Notes: a model not told the origin generated them from the letters alone. DNA of 64,000 nt from Eledone cirrhosa (GCA_964016885.1 OZ024741.1:235228001-235292000); one strand, 5' to 3'; positions 38,383 through 51,520 are shown, counted from the stretch's first letter. Made by a program: numbers and translations.

Positions 38383-39484
38383 ATATATATATACCCCCGG
38401 AATTAGCTTTTAATGTTGGGATTATATTTACAATCTTACCCGAGGCCTTTGCTGCTTCTTAATCCGGGTGTTGAGCATGAATCGGAGTTAAATCCTCACT
38501 GGAGAAGGGTGACGGTAGCCAGTGAGAAGGCATATATATACCAGTGAAGAAGCCAAGTGGCAGGAACATGGAGAATGGAAGAGAGAATCCTTAATTTATT
38601 TACTCAGGCACCCTAGAGAGGAAAAAATAAGAACCACTAACGGTGTAATACTATTAAGTCCCTAATCAATAAAATTCCGCGATCCTTTGGTTTCAGTTAT
38701 CTTCTTTCCATTTTCTTTAGGAATGGAATTTTGTTTCTTTATTGTGTCAGGATAATAGATATTTGATTCAACACATATATATTCAGTGTGATTAGTTTTA
38801 TATTTTTTTTATCATTGAATTAGTCTCTTTCCATTTCTCTGAAAATGTATAAGAGATATTCTTGTTGTTTAGCTCCAAGTCAGCCCTAAAAGAGTAAGGC
38901 CTATGGTAAAAAAACGTCCCCGTTTTTTTTTGTTTTTTTTTTGTTATAGTCTATACTATCTAATGTTTCCCTAATACAATAAAGTCTTATTCCAATTAAA
39001 TCAAATAAAGCTTATGGTTTGTAAAAAGGTGAGGCAGAAGAGAAACAAAAGAGTACAAGACGAGAGAAAATGTTCACGTTCAAATATTACACTCTACAAC
39101 AGTTGATGCTGGTGTTTGAGACAAGCTAATACGGTAAAGTGTTATTTGAGAAATATTTGACTACTATTTCCAGCAGATCGAGTGACCACGTCAGGGCTTC
39201 GCTCGTTTTCATAAAAGGGTTGTTATATAAATATATATTAAATTTAAGGCTTCGAAAACTTTCTCTGTTTTGTTATGCTACCCACCGAAGATGGTTAAAA
39301 GAGTGTCACGGTTAGATTGTGTACTCGATGCGTGCTTGTGTGTATGTATCATCGTGCTTGTATCATCATTGTCATCATTTTACGTCCGTTTTCCATGTTG
39401 ATATGGGTTGAACGATTTGTCACGTTGAAAGACTAGACAGGGAAGTTGACAACGTCGTTAACACCAATCACTTTACGGGGTAAT

Positions 39485-39920
39485 ATTCTTTATATTAACT
39501 TTATCCCTATTTTAAATTAAATAGGTTTATTTACAACAGTTTATAACTTTGCCTATTAATCCGTATGACGAGCAAATGGAGTCCCACGTGTTGGCCTCCC
39601 CACAGCCCCGGCGGACTGGATGGTGAAGGCATTTCCCCGGAGGATAGTAAGGGAGATGCGCTGGAAGAGCCATTCCAACTCGCGAGGTTCACACTTGCGG
39701 CTGGCTAGCTCGGCGCCTATGGTGGTGAATAGGGAGGTAGCCCTAGGGCCAAGGACATCAGAAGTCTCCACTGCCAAGGGCACAACCGCGAACCTGTCGG
39801 AGAGCGACCGGTACTTGGAGAGTTTGGCCTCCTCAGCCCGACGTGCAGCAGTACCTGGGTTAGTCGCAGACTGCACCAGGTTGCGGCTGGAGAAAGTGTC
39901 GCTGCAAGTGACATCCAGCA
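39485..39920 (-). mobile_element. CRE-like non-LTR element 3' end (restriction-like endonuclease)
   Basis: DVTCSDT...AEEAKLSKY...PLAVET..LG...FQRISLTILRGNA. Confidence 0.75.
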
Positions 39921-40150
39921 TCTTCTTCTTCTTCTTCTTCTTCTTCTTCGTCCATTTATTCCTGAGAGAAGGTCGTGGGGCCAGAGTCCTCAAATACTCC
40001 TACCAGCGGGTCCTGTCAGAAGCAGCCGTCTCCGACTGATCCTGCTGGATCCCCAAACGTGACTAGCCAAGTTCATAGATGTTATCCAACCACCTTGCTC
40101 GGGGCCTAGCCCCTGGGTCTCTTGCCGGCTGGTTTTTGCCCGTAAACTCT
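39921..40150 (-). mobile_element. RTE-type LINE 3' end with (GAA)n tail
   Basis: Minus RPRARWLDNI...SRLGI...DRTRW...LAPRPS; related copy at 59555-59810 (+). Confidence 0.75.
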
Positions 40151-40724
40151 GTCCAGCGATTCTTTTCTGAGACATTCTAACCGCAAGCCCATAGTATCGG
40201 AGCTGATCGCGCGAAATTTTACGAAGTGCTGAGGGGATAAAGTTTTTTAAATTTTATTTATCCTCTCGGCGTTTCGTAAAATTCCGAGAGATCAGCTATG
40301 TATATACGATGTTTATTGATATTTAAAAGCTGTGATTCACTATCTAATTTAAAACAATAAGACTTGCCACGGCCCCTTCGCTTAATAATTTAAAGCGCTT
40401 AGCCAGTATCTGGGAGATATGGGGTTCGATTTCTTGTAGCAGCTGATGACAACTGCCTTTCCCGTATTTAGCAATCTTCAACCTATTTTATAAGCTATTT
40501 AATAGCATCTCTGCACATGAGTACACCTCCGAAACGTTAAGACCCTCTTCTTGCTATATCAAGCGTTAAACTAATATATTCCTTGCATATACTATACCGA
40601 TTGTGTTGTTATTTCTGTTTACCTTTTACACACACACACACACACACACGTGAGTGTGTGTGTGTGTGTAAAAGGTAAGTCAAATACGTAAAATTTGGCT
40701 TCGTTTATTATAAATTATAGATAT

Positions 40725-40779
40725 ACTGCTATATATATTTCGGTGACAGCCATCATTGGCTGTGACCTCTTCAGGCAGT
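40725..40779 (-). ncRNA. Type-I hammerhead ribozyme motif, intact core
   Basis: Minus: ACTGC-CTGAAGA-GGTcACAGCCA atga TGGCTGTcACC-GAA ATATATAT A-GCAGT; AATAAA shortly downstream, then (CA)n. Confidence 0.85.
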
Positions 40780-40891
40780 CGAAAACAGGTACACATGTTG
40801 TTGAAGTGTGTTTTACTCCGTCTATAAATCGATACGTCCAGCTTCTGGTTGTGTTGTTATTCTTCTGAGGTATCGGTAAACAGCCAACATA

Positions 40892-40928
<37 letters not shown>

Positions 40929-40929
<1 letters not shown>

Positions 40930-42455
40930 TAGCAGTGGTACCCGGCCGTTGCACGGGATAAGGTATTTTGGAACGCGGGCAGCCAACAGACTTAATCGTG
41001 GAAAAACTGCATGCCTGGACAATATGTAAAGAAAATAAGCCGAATACTCTGATGGCTGGATAATCTTTAAGATTTTTCTCGATGAAGCAGGAAAAATGCA
41101 GGTTTTCACCTAATGCGGGCCCTAGGGGATCAAGAAAATGAATTCTTTTTATGTGTATAATATGCCTTAAAATTTCGGGAAAATCGGCTAGACGTAACGC
41201 CTAAAAAAAGCCTTACAAAGCTGAATAAATGAAGTTTTTCGCCTAATGCGGCTAGGCCATAAAAAAGTTGGATTTTCTTTTCTCACGGTATGAAGAAGAG
41301 ACTGGACTAATACATAGTTACAACTTCAAGGAAATCTGTCTGACGTAACGCCTCAAAATACCCTAAAAAGCTGGAAAAAACGCAGTTTTTCACCTAATGC
41401 GGGCTCTAGGAGATCAAAAAGTTGAATTTTTTATGTGCATAACACTCCCTGAAACATAACGCGGGCCACCAACAGACCTAATCGTAGAAAAACTGCATGC
41501 CTGGACAATATGTAAAGAAAATAAACCGAATGCTCTGATGCAATTAGTATTAGGTATGCTTCTCCTTCTACGTGGAGAAAATCGGCTTGGTGCTTTTGTA
41601 CTTTAATAAAGTGACATGAGTCAGCAGGACAGATGTCACCACTTATGTCAGAGGGAAGTCTGCAATGCTTGAGCAAGGCATGACGTGCAATCGGACAGCA
41701 TGTGGGGCCTTCTCGAAGGAGTCCACCCCACCTTAGTAAGTAAACGCAACTGGACAAACGTTTACCAAACTGTGGGTATAATTTAACAAATTTAGAGAGG
41801 AATGGTGCAATAAAATGGGCCCCGAGGCGTGTGCGTGTTCACTGGCAGCTCTAAACGAAAGGGTCGCCACCAGTTATTTCAAGGGCCTTTAAAGGGGCCT
41901 TGTAAGCCGTTCACTGACACTCCAGTAAGGAGGGGTAACCATCAACAATTTCAAGTGGTGGCCCTAAAAAGGGCCATGTGAGCGTTCACTTGTAGCCCTT
42001 AATAGTGACTTTGACTGCGTTCTCTGACATTTGGAGGGTGTTACGGTTGCTTCCACTGGTAGCCTTTAGAATGAATCAGAATGCGTTCGCGGCCCGTTTA
42101 ACAGCCATACATTGACGCGCCGAGTGCGGTGCAGACATACAGACAGATATTATAAGGGCGCGTTCTGGACGAAGAAGGAATTGTGGGAAGTGACGTAATG
42201 CAGACAGCCAGACATACAGACAGATATTATAAGGGCGCGACGGTGGATTGGCAGTATCGGTAGAGGGTCGGACGCCATGCTTTGCAGCACAGTTACGTCC
42301 CTTTACGGACTGAGTTCAAATCCCGCCGAGGTTAACTTTGCCTTTCATCCTTACGGGGTCGATAAAATAAAGTACCAGTAATACACTGGGATAATTGCTG
42401 GCCTTGTGCCAAAAGTAGAAACAATTATAAGGGCGCGACGTTATATGTATGTATC
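40929..42455 (-). mobile_element. Non-autonomous Helitron-like element with internal repeats
   Basis: Minus 3' end hairpin cccgtgcaacggccggg then CTAA|T; (CAGA/GTCT) microsatellite near the other end; internal duplication 40972-41052 / 41458-41540. Confidence 0.55.
42241..42427 (+). mobile_element. Full-length tRNA-derived SINE family 1 with TSD
   Basis: A box tggcagtatcgg, B box gagttcaaatcc, core gcctttcatccttacggggtcgataaaataaagtaccag, TSD attataagggcgcgacg; other copies at 36100, 43925, 48328, 51636, 52052 (+) and 52859 (-). Confidence 0.92.
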
Positions 42456-42913
42456 TATCTAAAAAGAGAAAGACTAAGAATTATAGACAGAGATCGCTAA
42501 ATCGACTAGGCATTTTCATTCCTTGATAAGTTCCAAGCCTCATGGATAGATCCAGGATCGGATATATCTTTAAAAAAGGAAAGAAACTGCCGGCAGTCGG
42601 GACTGGAGGGATTTTGGTAAAGTTTATATGCATTTATTCTTCTAACTTCTATTTTAAACCTAACTCCGTGTAGTTGATTATTTGTCTAGTCAATTTCTAC
42701 GGGCTAAAAGGAATGACTAGATAAATTTTATCTGGCTGTCCCTTGCGGAAGGTAGTCTGTATCATTTGTCTATTATTTCTTCATAGTTACATTTTAAACT
42801 TATAGCCTCGTTTAAATGATTATTTATGTGGTTGATTTCTACGGACTAGGGAGAAGAAATGCTGTGTATATTTTATCTAATAATTCTTCAAACTTGCAAT
42901 TTTATATATATAT

Positions 42914-43390
42914 ATATTGTTATGCTTTGGGAGGGTCGTGTTGCCAATAAGAAACACACGCACCAGTTGCTTTCACTTCAATTTATTATAAATTAAATTT
43001 ATAAATTTAGGAATTTATAAATTTCCGGTTGGTTGGTTGGTTCCACAACCAGACGATTGTTCATATATTGTCAAAGTTCTTTCGTCACACATTCTGTGAC
43101 CTCTTCAGTGGTCAAGAAAAAACAAGTTGGCGTAGGACAGAACAAAAGAGAAGCACAAAAACAAAGAAAGGAATCCCCAGTCACTGAAGAGGTCACAGAA
43201 TGTGTGATGAAAGAACTTATATATATATGAGACAATATATGAACAATCGTCTGGTTGTGGAACCAACCAACCAACCGGAAATTTATAAATTCCTAAATTT
43301 ATAAATTTAATTTATAATAAATTGAAGGTAAATGCATCTGGTGCGTGTGTTTCTTATTGGCAACATGACCCTCCCAAAGCATAACAATAT
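42914..43390. repeat. Fold-back unit (arms 42914-43110 / 43182-43390) with an HHR in each arm; third copy at 44080-44310
   Basis: Consensus GTCA-CTGAAGA-G GTCACA gaatg TGTGAC-GAA AGAACT T-TGAC; (TA)n on both sides. Confidence 0.85.
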
Positions 43391-43444
43391 CGGTTTCAAC
43401 ACACGTTTTCAGATAAAGAATCTTGCTAAACAAATTCAGAAACG

Positions 43445-43487
<43 letters not shown>

Positions 43488-43760
43488 AAAAGTCAGCTCA
43501 AAAGTGACACAGAGGAGACTGAGGTTAGCTGGACATGCTCACCGACATCCAGAGTTGACATTGCACTCAGTACTCCTTTGGGAGCCCCTACATGGACACA
43601 CTAGAAGAGGAAGACCAAGGTTAACGTATGTTGATGCCCTAAGGACAGACACTGGTCTGTTGGAGATGCAGGACATGGCAGCGATAATGAGGGACAGAGA
43701 CCGCTGGAGAGAACTCGTCCATGGATCTCGGGAATTTTACCCGCCTTAGATAGATAGATA
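43488..43760 (+). mobile_element. RTE/RTEX-type LINE 3' end with (TAGA)n tail
   Basis: RRLRLAGHAHRH...LLWEP..G...RGRPRLTYVD...DRDRWR. Confidence 0.85.
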
Positions 43761-44031
43761 TATTAAAATAACAGATTAAAGTTTAAGCCAAGAATCGCAA
43801 ATTCTTTGCTTAAACTTTAATCTGTTATTTTAATAAATATTTGCTCTACGGTTCTTATATATTTGATATATATTTATCCTTTTCGAGCCCTCTTTGGATT
43901 TAAGTCTTCACATTCATTATTATCCGCCGAGGTTAACTTTGCCTTTCATCCTTACGGGGTCGATAAAATAAAGTACCAGTAATACACTGAGTAATTGCTG
44001 GTCTTGTGCCAAAAGTAGAAACAATTATTAT

Positions 44032-44085
<54 letters not shown>

Positions 44086-44322
44086 ATACTTTGGGAGGGT
44101 CATGTTGCCAATAAGAAACACACGCACCATATGCTTTCACTTCAATTTATTATAATAAATTTATAAATTTAGGAATTTATAAATTTCCGGTTGGTTGGTT
44201 GGTTGGTTCCACAACCAGATGACTGTTTATATATTGTCAAAGTTCTTTCGTCACACATTCTGTGACCTCTTCAGATAAAGAATCTTGCTAAACAATTTCA
44301 GTAAACGAAATATATATATATG

Positions 44323-44408
<86 letters not shown>

Positions 44409-44571
44409 CTCGCATTTTGTGCATGTTTTTTTAAATTATTTATCTAGTTTTGTTTCCGGCAAATGCAACTTGTGCGAATTAGAATAAACATTTCAGTTAG
44501 GTTCTGATTTCTCTTTGATAAAATACGGTTTTAAGATAAGTTCTCTTTGTGGGCAGAGGAAGAAGTATATA

Positions 44572-44616
44572 TGTCTTCTGATGAACAGCTAACTAGCTGT
44601 GAAACATGTAACGGCA
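44572..44616 (+). ncRNA. Type-I hammerhead ribozyme motif
   Basis: TGTCTT-CTGATGA(44578-44584)-ACAGCT aact AGCTGT-GAA ACATGT A-ACGGCA (one stem I mismatch); AATAAA near 44646. Confidence 0.78.
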
Positions 44617-46109
44617 AGCTCATATATTTTTCTGAGAACGAGAAGAATAAAAATGTTTTTCACATTTGTTTGCGATTTCACTCTAAAGTTTATATTTTCT
44701 AACACACACACACACTAACACACACAGGCTTTGATTTTGATTTTCGCATAACACATCTGGAGGCAATTCAATTTATTCATGATAATTCTTAGAATATGAT
44801 ATACTCCTCAAAACTGATTACTCCCATTGCTAAAAGTTGCACATTAATCCGTAAAAACTAAAAATATCTGTAATATGTATTTTGATTTTTCAACCAATCA
44901 CAAACAGTATGATAAAGTAATTGACCAACCGCAATAATTGTATTATGTGGTTGATGGTTGATATATTAGCGTCTGCAAATAGCAACAGAACAGACCTGTC
45001 AACTCTCCTCGTCGTACAGGGAGATCTCCCACGCACTCTGGGGTGGGTGAGAGGTATCTTCTCTTGTGAAAATGGGTATAGCTTTCATTATGTAAAATCT
45101 CTCCATTTTGCCTCATTTCTCCTCGTTTTGTGGTATTTCTTTTCGTGATGCTCCCCGTTGTGGGTTTTTAGAGGTTGGCAGGTCTGACAAAATGTGTGCA
45201 TATTTATCTAATTCTTCAGCAATAGATGTTGTAATTTATATAAAGAATAATTTTATTGCATTTCAATAAGATAATGGGACACAAGAACCAGAGCCCATCA
45301 CTCTCTTCCCTTCCCTCTGCATTTCTTCTGTGGATCACCAGTCCTTGCTTTCCCCATTCTGATTCATGACATTTATCCCTTTTCCTCTACTTTCCCATAC
45401 AGCCAGATCTGCCCTTCTTTACTCCTTCCCCCTTTTCTCATTACTTAATTTTGTTTTTATCTTTCCTTTTCGTATTTATGTAATTATCAATGGTTTTTTA
45501 AGCCAACTTTGTGAGTGAAACATATGTATTGAGAATAAACATTTACTTCTCTATCTAAATATATATATATATACACACATTATTTTTTTTAATGGATTTT
45601 AGGTGAGATGAAAAATCTACATTAAAATAAATTGTCAATTTTGCAATAATGTAGTTGAAGTTCAATTGCAAAGTGAATAGAATTGCCACTGAGACCACAA
45701 CAAAGATGGAATTGGTTTTCGGCATGTAGATAGATGGTCACGGAAGCTGTACGGCGCACATGTGTCAAGACAAAAAGAGGAAGGACAAAGAGAAATAAGA
45801 GAGAGGGACGGTACCTTACCTTTGTTTTTATTACTCATCTCCCTCCCTCTTAATTTACTGTGACTATGCTTAAAACAACAACAAAAACAATTAACAGGGG
45901 CGGTGGTAACATTTCTGAATTGGGGGGGGGGGGGGGGGGACTTGGCCAATTTAGTTGTAGTGATTAGTTTAACTATTATTTTCAAATATCAACCAAGATA
46001 TTAAAAAACTTCGATATGCAATAAACATAACATGTACATAAATTGTAGCGCGTATACAATTTGATTTGTGTTTTGGTAGTTCCACCGCCCCCGTATACGA
46101 ATTGACAAC

Positions 46110-46420
46110 AATAACAGAAACAATAACCCTGTAGAAGGTTGATAGGCATCCTTTAGTGTTAGGGACGTCTTCGCTTGTACCTCTACCAGTTGCACTCTAT
46201 GCAAGGCCGTCGATTAGCCGACGGATTCGCGGAGCATTTTCAGGACATTCGAGTTAGCAATCCGTCTCCGGTCTCCCGACATTTCCGCTCCACCAACTAT
46301 TCTACACGTCCCCTCATTGTTTTTGGCCTTGCAACCTGCACTGAACCCACTGACTCGCACCAGAGAGATCAGCAATTTATCTTTCTCTACGTACATCTAC
46401 CTACTATGCTCTAGGTACTC
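46110..46420 (+). pseudogene. Penelope-like GIY-YIG endonuclease C-terminal remnant
   Basis: SFSVRDVFACTS..CTLC then (frameshift) GRRLADGFAEHFQDIR...PVSRHF...LIVFGL...DQQFIF. Confidence 0.75.
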
Positions 46421-46597
46421 CGCTCCCCTTCCTCAGGTCTACTGTCCTTACCGCACCCTGCATTCGCATCTCGTCCGCATTCGCGCCGACGTGTATGCAT
46501 CGTGTCTACACCACGCAGAGATGTTTACACACACACTTAGATGCATTTCACATACAGCAGGAGAATTTGATGCCGATAGTATTTTTTGTTTTCTTTT

Positions 46598-46662
<65 letters not shown>

Positions 46663-46666
<4 letters not shown>

Positions 46667-46889
46667 GAATAAAGTTAGTCCTTCATCAGTGATCTTCCAA
46701 CCATCATTGGTATTTCATCGCTTTAAAGACCATATACCTCCGGTTGGTGGGAGCAACGGCTAAAAAAAGTCGTTGGGACACGTTTTTTTTAGTCGTTGCT
46801 CCCACCAACCGGAGGTATATGGTCTTTAAAGCGATGAAATACCAATGATGGTTGGAAGATCACTGATGAAGGACTAACTTTATTCATAT
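46663..46889. repeat. Near-perfect hairpin, 106-bp arms, 15-nt spacer, between microsatellites
   Basis: 46663-46768 / 46784-46889, one mismatch seen; each arm carries CTGATGA AGGACTAAC. Confidence 0.92.
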
Positions 46890-46921
46890 GTAACCCATTA
46901 GCAACCACGCAGCACGTTTAT

Positions 46922-47214
<293 letters not shown>

Positions 47215-48682
47215 TTCTCTATATTATATTTGAAGAGCCCGGAATTCTTTTTTCCTTTGAGCTCATGAATTACAGGGACTAATGCAAGTTTCTGATTCCG
47301 TTACTTCATTTTGATATATATATATATCAACAGTTTTCCAAGAGATGGCAACATGAATAGACCTGTTATTTTTCTTCAAAAAAGTTTTTTTCCGAATCCG
47401 CCCTGCCTGTCTTCGCAATGTTTCTATTTATTCTTTAGTTTCTCATATTTTCTGATGAACGACTAGCGTCTAAAACGTTAAAACTCTTGTCCTACAATCA
47501 ATCGTAAAACTAATAATTTCTTTCTTGAACTGTGTACGTTTGCTTTTTATTTCTGTTTGCCTTTTGCGGCACACACACACACACACACGCACACGCACAC
47601 GCACACACACACACACACACACATACATGGTGGCTGCCAACTCGTTTTTGAGTACGGCCACTACTTTATATCCATGTAGGAGAACCCCTACCGATGCGCT
47701 GGACGAGTGTGACTTTTTAGTCCAGCCAGCGACTTGAAAACTCTGGTACAAACACTACACTTGTGACAATTATTGACACATATTGCTGGGCCCATGGTAC
47801 CATGTGACGACAAGTGCAGAGAGATCTCCAGATATAAAGCAATGCCTGTGCCGTGAAGCTTTTACAGTGAGCAAAGGCACTGCACAAAGTCAGTCCCACT
47901 CTCTTAACCAAGATGATATTTACCAAAAAGAAGAACAAGTCAACATCATTGGATACCATCAGGGTTGCAGGTGTTATATCAGAGTTTTCCTTCTCCTAGA
48001 ATTCTGCCTTGACAAAGGCTAAGGAGTCATCTCTTACATACATACATATATACATATATACATACATACTTATATATATATACATATATATATGTGTGTG
48101 TGTGTGTTAAGTATTTCCGTAGAAAAGGTAAAGGAAAGAAGAGTGCTCTATGTATAGTACAGAGCTATTTAATTATATAATAAATAACACAATATAATTA
48201 TTCCATTACCCAAGGTTTCAGGAAGTTAGACGATTCTAACAGAATGAATATGAAGACAAGTTTTCCATAATTCACTCTGTTAGGTAGATTACCTAATAAA
48301 GTGAAGGAAAACTTATCTTCATATTCAGCGGTGGATTGGCAGTATCGGTAGAGGGTCGGACGCCATGCTTTGCAGCACAGTTACGTCCCTTTACGGATTG
48401 CGTTCAAATCCCGCCGAGGTTGCCTTTCATCCTTACGGGGTCAATAAAATAAAGTACCAGTAATGCACTGGGATAATTGCTGGCCTTGTGCCAAAAGTAG
48501 AAACAATTATTATACCTATACTCTGTCATGTACTAACTACTCAAATGATCCGACATCACGACTGGAAAGGTATAATACATATGATGTTGAGCGCTTTATC
48601 CTATTTACACCAATATCTATTAATTAGAGTGTTGCAAATGCAACCAAAGCTACCAATTAATTAAACATTTAAATAGCACAAT

Positions 48683-48768
<86 letters not shown>

Positions 48769-49159
48769 GTAAACAGAAATAACCAAAATAACAATACAAA
48801 CGGCACGGTACGTGGAAGGAGTATATTAGTTTAACGCTTAAAATAGAGGGTCTTAACGTTTAGAACGCAAGTCTTTCATCAGAAGAAAGAATGAGAAATT
48901 AAAGAAGAAATAGAAATTTTGAGGAGATATAGTTCAAGATCAAAAAACGACAAACACAGATCTCTGGGAAAGGGAAAAAATATGCTTCAACGTATCGGAT
49001 GTTAGTCTTTCACCGAGAGAGGGTAAAGTTAGGAGAAAGAAGAGGCTGGAAAGATGAAGAAAAACATGTTTTATCGGGCTGGGTTAGGTTGGCGAGCAAG
49101 TAGAATAGCGTGCGCGTGTGGGTTCCGAGGTTTGATGGCTGCAACTCGATTTCAAGAAT

Positions 49160-49960
49160 TTCCACTATATGAATTGTACTAACAGGACTCTTTAGCCCTG
49201 CCAAGGATTTACATTCCCTTCTGCATATGCAGCAGGGATGAATATTACTTCCACTTTTGTGGAAGTAATGTTCATCACTTTTGGTGTGCCTTCAACTGAC
49301 GTTGGGGTCCACTGGCCAAGGCACATTGTTTTCCACACTTCGGAAGAAATGTCAAAGAGACCATAATCGGCAACATTTTGTACATGACTTTTGTGATGAC
49401 GTCTAAGACCAGCTTTACTAAGGCAAATCCGGCCACATTCATTACATGTAATGTTATTTTGAGCATCTGAAAATCGAAGTAAAATAATATCGTGTACACC
49501 CTTACGCAGACCCCTGTTTAACTTTTTATGCTCCACATGAGATTTTTCAAATTCCCGTTTTCCATTAAACAGTCTTCCCCCAAGATGATCGATCTCAGAC
49601 AATGTCTTCCCTGTTAACTTCTCTTGTTTTGGGCTTTATCAAAGCTGTTTTGATGCAGTCTTTATACCTCAGTTTGACTTTGACTAAACCCCGTACAGAA
49701 ACTGCTTAGGAAAACGATGATCTGGCATTCTTATAACATGACCCCTCCAGTGCAATATATATTGAATTATGAGATATTCAGTACTTTCACATCACTCATA
49801 TGTGATTGATTATGGATACCGAGTATTCGGCGAAGACACTGTTGATGAAAATGTTCAAGCATACAACAATGAAACAATACACATGTTCTGTACACCTTTA
49901 ACTTTGTATCAATGGAAATCCCACGTCGACACAAGAGAGGCCCATTTAATTTACCAAAGT
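49160..49960 (-). mobile_element. RTE/BovB-like LINE 3' end with C-terminal C2H2-like motif
   Basis: ISIDTKLKVYR...HQQCLRRIL; CNECGRICLSKAGLRRH. Confidence 0.75.
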
Positions 49961-50095
49961 ATACATACACACACATATATATATATTATATTACATTATA
50001 TTATATAATATAGTGTATTACATTATATTATATTATGTTATATTATAATATAACATTACATCATATATTATATTATATCATATTATTTTTATTGT

Positions 50096-50870
50096 ATTGT
50101 CTGCATTTCTGTGCAATTGTTGGTGAGAAGGGCTAAGTCATCAGCAAAGTCTAAATCTACCAGTTTTACTCTTCCCCATTTTAGGCCATGTCCACGGGTA
50201 TCCAAGGACTTTCTCAGAATGTAAACCAAGCTGAAAAGCTTGGCGTGAGAGTAAACATAAAAAACAAAAATACAAAAAGTTGCCTCTTGTAAAACATGAA
50301 GTTTTAGTCAATGGGAAAAAGACAGAAGAGGTTCAACACTTTCCCTTTCTTGGTAGCGTTTAGACAGCAGATGCAATACCGAAGCTGACATAAAACAAAG
50401 GATAGCCAAACGTGCTGGAGTATTCAACAAACGAAATTGAGGTTATTCTGGTTAATTTTCATCTCAACAACAACCTAGGCTGCTGATACATGGACAAATA
50501 CCACCAGAACTGAAAAACAACTTGATACTTTCCAACAAAGATGTCTTCGAAAGATCCTAGGCATTAGATGGAAAGACATGATCACAAGCGAAAATGTCCT
50601 TCGAAGGGCCAATGCCACGCATCTGAGTCTTGTCATCAAGAGTAGAAGAATGCAGCTGACAGTGCATGTCCTACAAATAGGGGAGAATATACCACCAAGA
50701 ACTGCAATGTCATGGTTACCAGTTGGTGGGAAAAGACCAAAGGGTAGGCCAAAGAAGATCTGGAGATCTCTAAAAGATAACCTGTGCAGGTGTGGCACGA
50801 ACTGGTTTCAAGCACCAACCCTTGCCAGAGACAGAGAAAGACGCAAGAGAATAATGGCCCGATGACCAGA
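50096..50870. mobile_element. RTE-clade LINE with 5' inversion (minus 50096-50230, plus 50225-50870)
   Basis: Minus DLDFADDLALL...EMQT; plus QAEKLGVRVN...FQQRCLRKIL...GKRPKGRPKK. Confidence 0.8.
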
Positions 50871-51456
50871 TTTTTTATTGCGTACTGTCACTGCGTGTTC
50901 GGACACAGCTCTGTACACCTTCGGTGTGCATTGCCTAGTGTTGCTGTTTTCTGTATGTTGTATATATTTATAAGTCTTTGGGTTTTGGTTATGTTTGTAT
51001 GTGTTTTATCCCATGGAAAGATGTGATCGGCCTCTATTGCGACCCACGCACACCTTCCTTCGGCAAGCAACATATAGCTTGCAGCCCTTTCAACATTCAC
51101 CTCCACTCTTACAACCTCTCTAGTCTGACCAAGAATACAACGAGCATATCCAGCGACTCTGTACAGTGGTAATACTGATGCCACGATAAAAAGCACTGTA
51201 TCTACACTGTACATTTGTAGTGCTGGTGCCACAACGAAAATCACCCACTAAGGTGGTAAAGCACCCAGTACACCCTTAAAGGTGGTAATGCTGGAGTCAC
51301 GATTAAATGCTCCCAGTACACGCTATAAAGTGGTTGGTGTTAAGAAGGATATCCAGCTGTAGAAACCGATCTCAAATTGGAACGAATGAGAAAAACCTAA
51401 TTACTTAACCTCAGAAAGCTTGACCCATGCAAGCATGGAAAATTTACATTAAATGG

Positions 51457-51520
<64 letters not shown>

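Noticed and set aside
42241-42330. tRNA genes at A/B-box sequences
   Set aside because: These are SINE heads followed by a conserved body and tail, and no full cloverleaf was seen.
48200-48230. Minus GAA ACCTTGGGT A ATGG as an HHR
   Set aside because: Only a 3' half; no 5' core found on either side of the SINE at 48328.
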